A stretch of 29,605 bases of DNA from Clostridia bacterium (GCA_028698525.1 JAQVDB010000029.1:1-29605); one strand, 5' to 3'; counted from the first letter of the stretch, positions 1-7,573 are shown. Program-made: numbers and translations. The notes: generated by a model not told the origin, from the letters alone.

Positions 1-179
1 GCCAGCAGGATATTTCATTTTTTTTATTGAATATATATATAATTAAGTTTAAAATACAATATTAGGTAGTATTTATGCAGGAAGCTTAAAATAAATAAAC
101 TTCGAAACAAAATAACGTGTCCAAAACAAAGGCACACATTCGATTATTTGATCATCTACTAAAAACTGGAGGTTTTGAT

Positions 180-683
180 ATGGACTTCATCTTCAAAGTT
201 ATCCAAGAGAATTGGCAGCTTGTACTTCTCTTGTATTCATTTATTATATTATTGCTAATATTTCTCGCTGTATCTAATTCTATAACTTGTTCCATATATA
301 AAAAAAAGTATAAAAAACTTATGCGAGGATTAGACAATAAAAATTTAGAAGTTCTTTTAAACAATCAACTTGATAGGATAGATGAATTTCAAAAAAAGTT
401 ATCGGTAAGTGAACTAAAATTAAATGTTATAGAAAGGGACATGGATACATGTATACAAAAGATAGGAATAGTGCGTTATGATGCCTTCAACGATATTGGC
501 AGCGAATTAAGTTTTTCAATCGCATTGCTGGATAATAGTAATTCCGGATTAATCCTTACAGGTCTTCGTACACGAAACAGCTCAACTCTATATGCAAAAC
601 CTGTAAAATATGGCAAATCAGAATACCCCTTATCTGAAGAAGAGCTAAAAGCAATCGCTGATGCGTTAAACTTAGAGATTTGA
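180..683 (+). CDS. DUF4446-like membrane-anchored protein; the ORF track starts at GTG 117, but ATG 180 has a GGAGG 7 nt upstream
   Basis: GGAGG at 168-172 precedes in-frame ATG 180. There is one N-terminal TM helix (LVLLLYSFIILLLIFLAV), and the C-terminal GIVRYDAFNDIGSELSFSIALLD block matches my recollection of DUF4446 proteins found near parB in Firmicutes. Confidence 0.55.
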   Translation: MDFIFKVIQENWQLVLLLYSFIILLLIFLAVSNSITCSIYKKKYKKLMRGLDNKNLEVLLNNQLDRIDEFQKKLSVSELKLNVIERDMDTCIQKIGIVRYDAFNDIGSELSFSIALLDNSNSGLILTGLRTRNSSTLYAKPVKYGKSEYPLSEEELKAIADALNLEI

Positions 684-701
684 TCATCAGCGATACATTA
701 A

Positions 702-742
702 ACGCCTCCTTACAGCGAATACTATAATAGGGAGGTGTTTTT
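702..742 (+). terminator. Terminator-like hairpin whose 3' arm is the SD of the next gene
   Basis: 702-711 (ACGCCTCCTT) pairs with 729-738 (AGGGAGGTGT), about 9-10 bp including G-U pairs, with a 17-nt loop. A T-run at 738-742 runs directly into ATG 743. Confidence 0.35.
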
Positions 743-1036
743 ATGATAATTGCAGTGCAACCTGAACTTGAAAAATTAAAAATTGAATTAGAAAACAAAG
801 GTTATGTTGTGGTGGAATTTGGGGAATACTATGGGCATATAGATGCTATAATTTATCATCAACAAGATGACACTGAGGGACAATTGACCCAATTGATATC
901 TAGCACCTTTAGGAATGAAAATATTCTTTCTAATGACTCCAAACATGTAGGAGCAATACTTATAAACGCATATAAAAAAGATATAGAATACATTGACTAT
1001 ATATTATCCAATAGATTATATAGTCCGCTTTTCTGA
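743..1036 (+). CDS. ykuS: YkuS/UPF0180-family small protein
   Basis: 97 aa. The N-terminus IAVQPELEKLKIELENKGYVVVEF resembles B. subtilis YkuS-type proteins, and a GGGAGGTG SD lies upstream. Confidence 0.5.
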   Translation: MIIAVQPELEKLKIELENKGYVVVEFGEYYGHIDAIIYHQQDDTEGQLTQLISSTFRNENILSNDSKHVGAILINAYKKDIEYIDYILSNRLYSPLF

Positions 1037-1040
1037 AAAA

Positions 1041-1607
1041 CTACAAAAGATTTTCTGTTCTAATGATTTTCCATAAATTGTATTCTATCCCATGGGTGAT
1101 GATATCTGCCATCCGCATCACCAAATTTAATCGAGTGTTTTGCAATATAATATATTCCATAAATCCTCCTATATTAACTATCCCTATTATATGCATATTC
1201 CCTACAGGAGGTAATTTTTTATTCACCCCAGCACCTGGCCTTATGGGCCCTTCTCCTACTGCTATATAACCCACTCTGTTTCCTTTCCCTAAACATGCAT
1301 CTATAGATATTACAAAGGGATTGGAATATCGGGATTCTATATCCAGTATATGATGCTGCAAATTTTTAGCATGTACAGGATTATCAAGGGTTCCTAGTAT
1401 ATGTACATTTTTATATTCAATATCCTCGAGTTTATATCCAATTAAAGGACCTAATGAATCTCCGGTGGATCTATCAGTACCTATGCATAAAATTATGATA
1501 TCCTCATATCCGATAAATAGTTTATTAAAATAATGTTCAAAAGCACGACAGAACTTTGTTTTAGGGTTAGGATCTTGTATATTTACAGATATTTGGTTTT
1601 TTATCAT
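1041..1607 (-). CDS. yyaC: Putative sporulation protease YyaC (GPR/hydrogenase-maturation-protease-like, DUF1256)
   Basis: The IILCIGTDRSTGDSLGPLIG motif is typical of YyaC. GGAGGAG SD lies upstream of ATG 1607, and the position near soj/spo0J matches B. subtilis synteny. Confidence 0.7.
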   Translation of the reverse strand: MIKNQISVNIQDPNPKTKFCRAFEHYFNKLFIGYEDIIILCIGTDRSTGDSLGPLIGYKLEDIEYKNVHILGTLDNPVHAKNLQHHILDIESRYSNPFVISIDACLGKGNRVGYIAVGEGPIRPGAGVNKKLPPVGNMHIIGIVNIGGFMEYIILQNTRLNLVMRMADIITHGIEYNLWKIIRTENLL

Positions 1608-1934
1608 TTCGCTCCTCCATTATTTTACTTTCGGCACCAACCTGCTTTTCCTATCATATGTTTTCCTTGTCAGTTTTCCCTTAATATATATGTTTAATTC
1701 ATCAACTGCACCCTTGAAACTTTTTCTAATAATAGGTATGATGCCTTTAATTCTAATACTGGATATCTACGTCCATGATAAAACTGATATTATATAGTAT
1801 TCATTTTTATTGAGTTTAATTCATACATTTTAAAAGACTATCAATATAGTTAACTGACTAAAATGATAAAATCTAATTTTACGAAAGGTTATCAGGCATT
1901 AAAATTTAAATGTTTTTAAATAGGAGTTTGAATT

Positions 1935-2993
1935 ATGGAAAACAAAGGTGTTTTAAAGGTATCTAGTTTGATAATAGGTTCTATAGTAGGAGCCGGCTTT
2001 ATCACCGGAAAAGAAGTTATTGAATTTTTCTCTTTGTACGGAAAGTATGGCTTATATGGGGCTGCATTCATCTGCTTTCTTTTCTTTTTGCTGATATCTT
2101 CTATCCTAATCTATTCAAAAAAGAATAATATTGATAACTTCCCTGACTTTATTTCATCAATCACTAGTAAAAAAGAAAGAGTGCTTATAGATGTGGTTAT
2201 ATATTCCTTTTGTTTTGCTGTATATTGTGTAATGCTGTCGGCAAGTGGCGCCCTTTTTTCACAGTTTTTATCCTTCACTTATTTTTACGGTATCTTTTTT
2301 ATTAGTGTGGCTTGCTTTTTATCTTTTATATACGATATAGAAGGAATATCAACGATAAATTCAATAATAATTCCCCTTCTTTTGATAGGCACAATACTGA
2401 TTTGTTTACTCTATACTCATAAAATGTCTTATAAAACCACTTATAATATACAGTCCTCTTGTTCATGGCTATTAAGTGCTGTTTTATACTTGGGATATAA
2501 TAGCATACTAGCACTAATAATTTTACCTTTCTCAGCAAAGTTTATTTCAAATACATCTTCGGCTTTTTGGATTGGCATATTGAGTTCTTTATCACTGTTC
2601 ATATTGCTATATTTATTGATATCAGCAACTTCATTAAGTCCTCTAACCATTAAAAACCTCGAAATACCAATGCTTGCTATCTCTTCCCTCATGGGGAAAC
2701 CCTTCAAGTTTTTCTATATTGTACTTCTACAAATAGCAATTTATACTACCGCCTTATCTTCCGGATATGCATGTATATTTAAAATAAGCCATAATTGGAG
2801 TATAAACAAAGTTTTTCTTTCGTTCTTGTTCTGCTTTGCGTCTATACCTATCTCATTGATAAAATTTTCTGTTTTAATAAAATATCTATACACTTTATTT
2901 GGTATAATAGGAATTAGCATAGTATTACTATTTTTTATAAATATCTTACGAAAGAATAAGAAGGGATCTGGATATGGCAAAAAAATCTTTTAG
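1935..2993 (+). CDS. YkvI-family polytopic membrane protein (putative transporter)
   Basis: 352 aa with about 10-11 hydrophobic segments. The N-terminal IIGSIVGAGFITGKEVIEFF motif is as in YkvI-type proteins. TAGGAG SD is present. Confidence 0.55.
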   Translation: MENKGVLKVSSLIIGSIVGAGFITGKEVIEFFSLYGKYGLYGAAFICFLFFLLISSILIYSKKNNIDNFPDFISSITSKKERVLIDVVIYSFCFAVYCVMLSASGALFSQFLSFTYFYGIFFISVACFLSFIYDIEGISTINSIIIPLLLIGTILICLLYTHKMSYKTTYNIQSSCSWLLSAVLYLGYNSILALIILPFSAKFISNTSSAFWIGILSSLSLFILLYLLISATSLSPLTIKNLEIPMLAISSLMGKPFKFFYIVLLQIAIYTTALSSGYACIFKISHNWSINKVFLSFLFCFASIPISLIKFSVLIKYLYTLFGIIGISIVLLFFINILRKNKKGSGYGKKIF

Positions 2994-4074
2994 TATACCT
3001 TTTAAAATATTAATAGCTATTGTCCTGGTCGCTATAGCATACGGGATATTTGTATCCTTCCAACCCCTTATTTCATCTTTTATTATTGATGTAAAATCAC
3101 CTAAAATAGTAAATAAAATACAAAAAGAAAATGGTGTATCATACTTTCTATGTGATGATATTGTTTTATCTTATGATGAGGGAAATTTGAGTTTCATTGA
3201 TATGAAAACCTTAGACGTATCTTCTGCACAAATTGCTGTGAGCGATCCAAAATTTTATCCTGTAGATGAGGGAGTGTTTGTATCAGATAAGAATAGCAAT
3301 GCATTACACTTTTTAGATAAAAAAGCCCAAATAATATGGACAAAGAAATTCGACTTTAATATATTCGATGTGAAATCTATACAAAAGAATATTTTGGTAC
3401 ATCTTATAAAGGACAAGCACGATAAAATAGAAATTTTTTCACCTAAGGGAAAGCTACAGCACTCTATGTTTTTTATCGATGAAACTATAACTGATATTTC
3501 ATTTAACCAATATGTAAACAATCTACTTATATATACTATATATACTGAACAAGGAAAGATTGATAACAAAATATTCGTCTATGATAATAATTTTGAACTA
3601 AAAAATCTAGTGAATATCCATCAGCCTTCATTTAAAACTATATTATTAAATGAAGACAAAATTATTACTATTGGTAAAAGAAATATTATGTGTTACAATA
3701 AAAATAATCAAATTTTATGGCAAAAAGAATATTATTCAAGAAATATAGATAAGCTATACAATTATGGGAATTCTATAGCTTTGATCACTTCCCCATTAAG
3801 AAAAAGCAATATAATAGACAGCTCAGATTACATAATTTTTTTGAATGAAGATGGGAAGCAAACGGGAGAATTTAAACTTCCAAATCAGATTGTTGATATT
3901 TCTTTTGCAAAAGATTTAATATTGATTTGGGAAAAGAGAAAGTTCTGTATACTGGACCCTTTTGATTTAAATATGAGGGAATTTGATATTAACGAGGATA
4001 TATTATCTATGAATGCAACTAAAAACATGGTTATCCTTGAAACTTCTGATTATATCTACGCATTTAAAATATAA
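2974..4074 (+). CDS. Hypothetical N-terminally anchored extracytoplasmic protein, beta-rich and repeat-like
   Basis: 366-aa ORF overlapping the upstream gene by 20 nt, with AAGGGA SD. It has a single N-terminal TM helix (ILIAIVLVAIAYGIFV), then alternating short beta-like segments with W/Y/D-N turns. I do not recognise a catalytic motif. Confidence 0.5.
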   Translation: MAKKSFSIPFKILIAIVLVAIAYGIFVSFQPLISSFIIDVKSPKIVNKIQKENGVSYFLCDDIVLSYDEGNLSFIDMKTLDVSSAQIAVSDPKFYPVDEGVFVSDKNSNALHFLDKKAQIIWTKKFDFNIFDVKSIQKNILVHLIKDKHDKIEIFSPKGKLQHSMFFIDETITDISFNQYVNNLLIYTIYTEQGKIDNKIFVYDNNFELKNLVNIHQPSFKTILLNEDKIITIGKRNIMCYNKNNQILWQKEYYSRNIDKLYNYGNSIALITSPLRKSNIIDSSDYIIFLNEDGKQTGEFKLPNQIVDISFAKDLILIWEKRKFCILDPFDLNMREFDINEDILSMNATKNMVILETSDYIYAFKI

Positions 4075-4098
4075 CACTATATTTCGGAGGTCAATAAT

Positions 4099-4803
4099 AT
4101 GAATGCTTTAGATTTGTTGGCAATTGCTGTTATTATAATAAGCAGCAGCATTGGACTCTATGAAGGATTTATCGTCTCCTTCGCTGGGCTATTTGCCTTT
4201 TTTGCTTCTTTTATAGGAGCTTTGATTTTTTATCCTGTTTTTTCAAGATTCCTGCTTGCTAAAACCGGGATTACATCAATAATAGCCGATCTTTTAGGTA
4301 GCTCTGTAACACCTGCTGCAGAAATCAGCAACAGCAGCATAGATTCATTTGCTCCATCTAAATTTAATAATCTGCTCAACACCAGCGATCTCCCCAGTCC
4401 TTTTTTAGGGGTTCTTGAAAGGGATTTTGCAAACCAAGCATATAAAACAATGGGCACAAATCAGATAGGAATATTTTTATCAACTAGTATTTCAAATCTT
4501 ATACTCAATATAATAAGCTTTTTGATTCTACTTTTGATTATAAGAATATTGATTGGTTTTATTATATCAGGTTTTAAATATATGACTAACATCCCTGTAT
4601 TGAAACAATTTGATAGTTTGTTTGGACTCGCTTTTGGTTTTATAAGAGGTTTCTTCTTTAATTTCGTAGTCTTCGCATTACTTATAGTTGGACTTTCATT
4701 TGCGCCGATACCTCAACTATATGGATTGGTGGATAAATCTTATTTTGCAAAAATGTTTTATAATTCAAATATGATTATATCTGTATTGAATTCTATATTA
4801 TAA
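4099..4803 (+). CDS. cvpA: CvpA-family membrane protein
   Basis: The N-terminus MNALDLLAIAVIIISSSIGLYEGFIVSFAGL is CvpA-like. There are 4-5 TM segments and a GGAGG SD. Confidence 0.65.
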   Translation: MNALDLLAIAVIIISSSIGLYEGFIVSFAGLFAFFASFIGALIFYPVFSRFLLAKTGITSIIADLLGSSVTPAAEISNSSIDSFAPSKFNNLLNTSDLPSPFLGVLERDFANQAYKTMGTNQIGIFLSTSISNLILNIISFLILLLIIRILIGFIISGFKYMTNIPVLKQFDSLFGLAFGFIRGFFFNFVVFALLIVGLSFAPIPQLYGLVDKSYFAKMFYNSNMIISVLNSIL

Positions 4804-4805
4804 AA

Positions 4806-4835
4806 AAATCTCGGGGTTTTACCCAAGATTTTTTT
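4806..4835 (+). terminator. Intrinsic terminator of cvpA
   Basis: AAATCTCGGG (4806-4815) pairs with CCCAAGATTT (4822-4831) with one mismatch, followed by a T-run. It starts 3 nt after the stop codon. Confidence 0.7.
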
Positions 4836-4842
4836 ATATGCT

Positions 4843-5390
4843 CTACATTTCTCCTGCATTGACCCCTGCTTGATAATGCTCAATAAAACAAGTTCTACTT
4901 CCTATGTAAACCTTCATTGTAAAGTATATATTAAGCAAAAACATATCAATACCCCTTGCAAGATTCAATATATAGCCAGTTAATAGGACAACTCGTAAGG
5001 CATAGCAATTCGAAAGTGTATGATATCTTCCGGGCTCCACACTCTAGCGCACTATTTTATATATAAATCCTGAATATATAGTATAGCACATTAAGTCGCA
5101 GCTCCGGGTATCATATACTCCCTCAACAATAATTTGGGTTAAACCACCAAGCAGGGACTTGTATGCAAGATGAATGAAGTGCTCATAAATATTTGGCTAA
5201 TAAAACTTGGCAAGCGTAATACAGAAAATGAAGTGAGTCGTAGTTTTATCTAAATATTTATCGCATGAAAGGTCTTGCACACAAGTCCCGTAGGTAGCTG
5301 ATGTCACATTAATAAAGACAGCAGTGCAAGGTAAACAAACCGTATATAGATATTCAACCAAAAATCTTGGTTGGCAGCATGATATAAAAT
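4843..5390 (+). ncRNA. Candidate large structured non-coding RNA region; class unassigned and strand uncertain
   Basis: No SD-preceded ORF. Hand-counted GC is about 40-45% in several 60-nt lines, against about 20% in other spacers. Long helices can be written out (5016-5118, 5154-5289, 5297-5325, 5355-5373). The region is bounded by terminators at both ends. G-U pairs mostly favour the plus strand. Confidence 0.3.
5154..5289. repeat. 136-nt foldback (MITE-like or ERIC-like imperfect palindrome) with 17-nt terminal inverted repeats
   Basis: GGGACTTGTATGCAAGA (5154-5170) faces TCTTGCACACAAGTCCC (5273-5289) with 16 of 17 positions paired. Inner complementary blocks are 5180-5194/5252-5265 and 5200-5207/5242-5249. 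The arms share ATAAATATTT..ATAAAACT. Confidence 0.6.
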
Positions 5391-5418
5391 AAGGAATGTT
5401 CCACGTGGAACATTCCTT
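5391..5418. terminator. 28-bp perfect palindrome acting as a bidirectional terminator; overlaps the spo0J stop codon
   Basis: AAGGAATGTTCCACGTGGAACATTCCTT is followed by ATTTTATAT on both strands. Confidence 0.6.
5397..5412. promoter_or_regulatory. parS: parS centromere-like site (Spo0J/ParB binding)
   Basis: TGTTCCACGTGGAACA is a perfectly palindromic version of the Firmicutes parS consensus TGTTNCACGTGAAACA. It lies directly 3' of spo0J. Confidence 0.85.
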
Positions 5419-6262
5419 ATTTTATATTGTTGAGTATTTCATATATCCTCTCAAAATCATCATTGTTATAAAACTCTATCTCTATCTTCCCTTTTTTCTT
5501 TCCCTTCACTATGTTCACCTTGGTTCCAAATAAATTACCAAACTCCTCTTCTATTCCAACTATATGTACATCCTTCTGTCTTGCTGGTTTGCTTTTTTTC
5601 TCCGATTCCCTCTTGTTCATATCTCTAATAAGCTTTTCAACATCTCTTACAGTTAAATTTTCTTTTGTTATCCTTTGCGCAATCTCTCTCTGTATCTCTT
5701 TGTTGCTGATAGCTAAAAGCGCCCTCGCATGTCCATAGGTTATCTTTTCCTCTTGAAGATATTTTTTTACAACATCATCTAAAGACAAAAGCCTCAATAT
5801 ATTCGCAATAGATGGTCTGCTTTTTCCTAATGTTTTTGCAACCTGTTCTTGTGTCATGCTGTGTTTTTTTATCAACACATTGATGGCCTCAGCTTGTTCA
5901 ATTGGGTTTAAATCCTGTCTTTGCAGATTTTCAATAAGGGAAACCTCTAGTGTTTGCTGTTCATCCATCCTTTTAATTATTGCGGGCACTTTTTTGATTC
6001 CTGCTGCTTTTGATGCTCTCCATCTCCTCTCCCCCGCTATTATGACATATCTATTCCCGTGGGGTTTTAATATTATAGGTTGTACAAGTCCATGATTTTT
6101 AATAGATTGAGCAAGTTCTTTTAAACTATCTTCATCAAATTTTTTTCTTGGCTGATCTTTTCTTGGATCAATGCTGTAAATATCTACTTCTCTTATATCA
6201 TCATCTTTTGCACTATCAGGGATTAAAGCCTCTAATCCCCTTCCCAATCCCCTTTTAGCCAT
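5417..6262 (-). CDS. spo0J: Chromosome partitioning protein ParB/Spo0J
   Basis: The MAKRGLGRGLEALI N-terminus, GERRWRA box and HTH region are present, and it sits immediately downstream of soj. Confidence 0.95.
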   Translation of the reverse strand: MAKRGLGRGLEALIPDSAKDDDIREVDIYSIDPRKDQPRKKFDEDSLKELAQSIKNHGLVQPIILKPHGNRYVIIAGERRWRASKAAGIKKVPAIIKRMDEQQTLEVSLIENLQRQDLNPIEQAEAINVLIKKHSMTQEQVAKTLGKSRPSIANILRLLSLDDVVKKYLQEEKITYGHARALLAISNKEIQREIAQRITKENLTVRDVEKLIRDMNKRESEKKSKPARQKDVHIVGIEEEFGNLFGTKVNIVKGKKKGKIEIEFYNNDDFERIYEILNNIK

Positions 6263-6263
6263 T

Positions 6264-7043
6264 TTATATCACATCCTCATCATTGTCATACTCGATCAGT
6301 TCATCTGCCAAGTCATTATAAGCTTCCGAACCTGGACATTTTGGATCATAAATAGTTATTGGCATCCCGTGACTTGGTGCCTCCCCCAACCTTACATTTC
6401 TAGGGATTATAGTTCTATATACCTTGTCCCTAAAATATTTTTTCACTTCTTCTACTACTTGAATTGATAGGTTTGTCCTTGCATCAAACATGGTCAAAAC
6501 CACGCCTTGAACATCCAATTCAGTATTTAGATGTTTTTGAACCAATTTTATAGTATTAATTAATTGAGTCAGTCCTTCCAGAGCATAATATTCGCACTGT
6601 ATAGGTACCAGCACTTTATCTGCTGCCGTTAGCGCATTTATTGTCAGCAGCCCTAGGGAAGGAGGGCAATCTATAAGAATATAATCATATTCTTCTTTTA
6701 TTTGTTCAATAGCCCTTTTTAATATAGTTTCTCTAGAAATCATAGATACCATCTCTATTTCTGCCCCTGCCAATTCTATATTAGAACAGACCACTGATAA
6801 ATTATCTATATCTGTTTTTACAATTGCTTGTTTTATATCTTCTCCATTTATTAAAACATCATATATTGATTTTTCTACATCGTCCTTATCAATGCCCAAT
6901 CCACTGCTTGTATTGCCTTGTGGATCAATATCTATTGTCAAAACTTTCTTTCCCCTCATAGCAAGACACGCACTCAAATTTACATTTGTTGTAGTCTTAC
7001 CAACACCACCCTTTTGATTGGCAATTACAATTACCTTTCCCAA
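6264..7043 (-). CDS. soj: ParA/Soj partition ATPase; the likely start is TTG 7043, not the GTG 7052 of the ORF track
   Basis: Deviant Walker A motif NQKGGVGKTTT. AAGGAG at 7058-7053 lies 9 nt before TTG 7043, giving an MGKVIVIANQKGG N-terminus like B. subtilis Soj. Confidence 0.95.
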   Translation of the reverse strand: MGKVIVIANQKGGVGKTTTNVNLSACLAMRGKKVLTIDIDPQGNTSSGLGIDKDDVEKSIYDVLINGEDIKQAIVKTDIDNLSVVCSNIELAGAEIEMVSMISRETILKRAIEQIKEEYDYILIDCPPSLGLLTINALTAADKVLVPIQCEYYALEGLTQLINTIKLVQKHLNTELDVQGVVLTMFDARTNLSIQVVEEVKKYFRDKVYRTIIPRNVRLGEAPSHGMPITIYDPKCPGSEAYNDLADELIEYDNDEDVI

Positions 7044-7166
7044 AGAACTCACTCCTTAAATTATCTTATACTCATTTATAATTATATTCCAAACTCACCT
7101 TTTCTTAAAGGGTAAAAACATTTTATTGTTATATCCTTGCATATTTAGAATATATATTTATATAGA

Positions 7167-7234
7167 TTGTGTTTAAGGTAAATGAATTGCTAATAAATAT
7201 TTGGATAGTAAAGCTCGGTGAATAGAATGAAGAA
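7167..7234 (+). repeat. Third, solo copy of the foldback arm seen at 5159-5226
   Basis: In an ungapped alignment (offset 2008), 40 of 54 positions are identical over 5161-5214 vs 7169-7222, and 32 of 38 over the core 5173-5210. No complementary partner arm is found nearby. Confidence 0.6.
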
Positions 7235-7247
7235 TAAATAAAGAAGG

Positions 7248-7553
7248 ATGGTAATATTGTATATCAAATCAACTTTAAAATCAAAAACTACATGTTTAGG
7301 AATTGCTTGGGCATTTTTTTCCTGGATACCACTTTTCTCCGATAAAACAATAATCTACGGATGGATTGTTTCACTGCCATCCAGCATAGCTTTAAATATA
7401 GAAAAAATGCTTTTTTCCAACTTTCTAACACAGATGCACTATGTATCATTCCTCATAAGCATTATCATAGGGGCATTATGTGGATACTCAATTGGGTCGC
7501 TATCAGCATTATCTTTTATAAAAAAAGCAAAAAAAAGAAAGGGTTGCTCATAA
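7248..7553 (+). CDS. Small 3-TM membrane protein, possibly a degenerate UPF0016 half-domain
   Basis: 101 aa with three hydrophobic segments and a basic tail. LFSDKT sits in TM1 where UPF0016 proteins carry E-x-G-D-K-T. The SD spacing for ATG 7248 is poor, so TTG 7257 is an alternative start. Confidence 0.4.
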   Translation: MVILYIKSTLKSKTTCLGIAWAFFSWIPLFSDKTIIYGWIVSLPSSIALNIEKMLFSNFLTQMHYVSFLISIIIGALCGYSIGSLSALSFIKKAKKRKGCS

Positions 7554-7573
7554 AAATTAGGGAGGTATTACTC

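Noticed and set aside
4843-5040. 65-aa minus-strand ORF in the cvpA-spo0J spacer
   Set aside because: It has a GTG start with no SD and no recognisable family. It runs through the structured region and ends against the cvpA terminator, so it is more likely a chance ORF in GC-richer non-coding sequence.
5029-5229. RNase P RNA-like strings occur in the right order: TCCGGGCTCCA (5029-5039, like the P4 5' strand), GGGTTAAACCACC (5136-5148, like GGUAAACCCCACC) and ACAGAAAAT (5221-5229, like the P4 3' strand ACAGAA)
   Set aside because: The GAGGAAAG that should precede the first string is missing. The expected TAGGGCA does not follow it. The third string is not followed by the CCGGCTTA needed to form P4. 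The local helices I can draw do not match RNase P architecture, so I treat this as coincidence unless a covariance-model search says otherwise.
5154-5289. The long rod-like hairpin as a retron msr-msd or a 6S-like RNA
   Set aside because: There is no reverse transcriptase gene anywhere in the window. The helix lacks the large central bubble expected of 6S RNA. The arms are homologous inverted copies of a repeat unit, which is better explained as a foldback element.
7053-7573. A yybP-ykoY manganese riboswitch was expected upstream of the UPF0016 transporter gene
   Set aside because: I found no GGGGAGTAG-type L1 or matching conserved loop sequences in 7053-7247 or 7554-7573.
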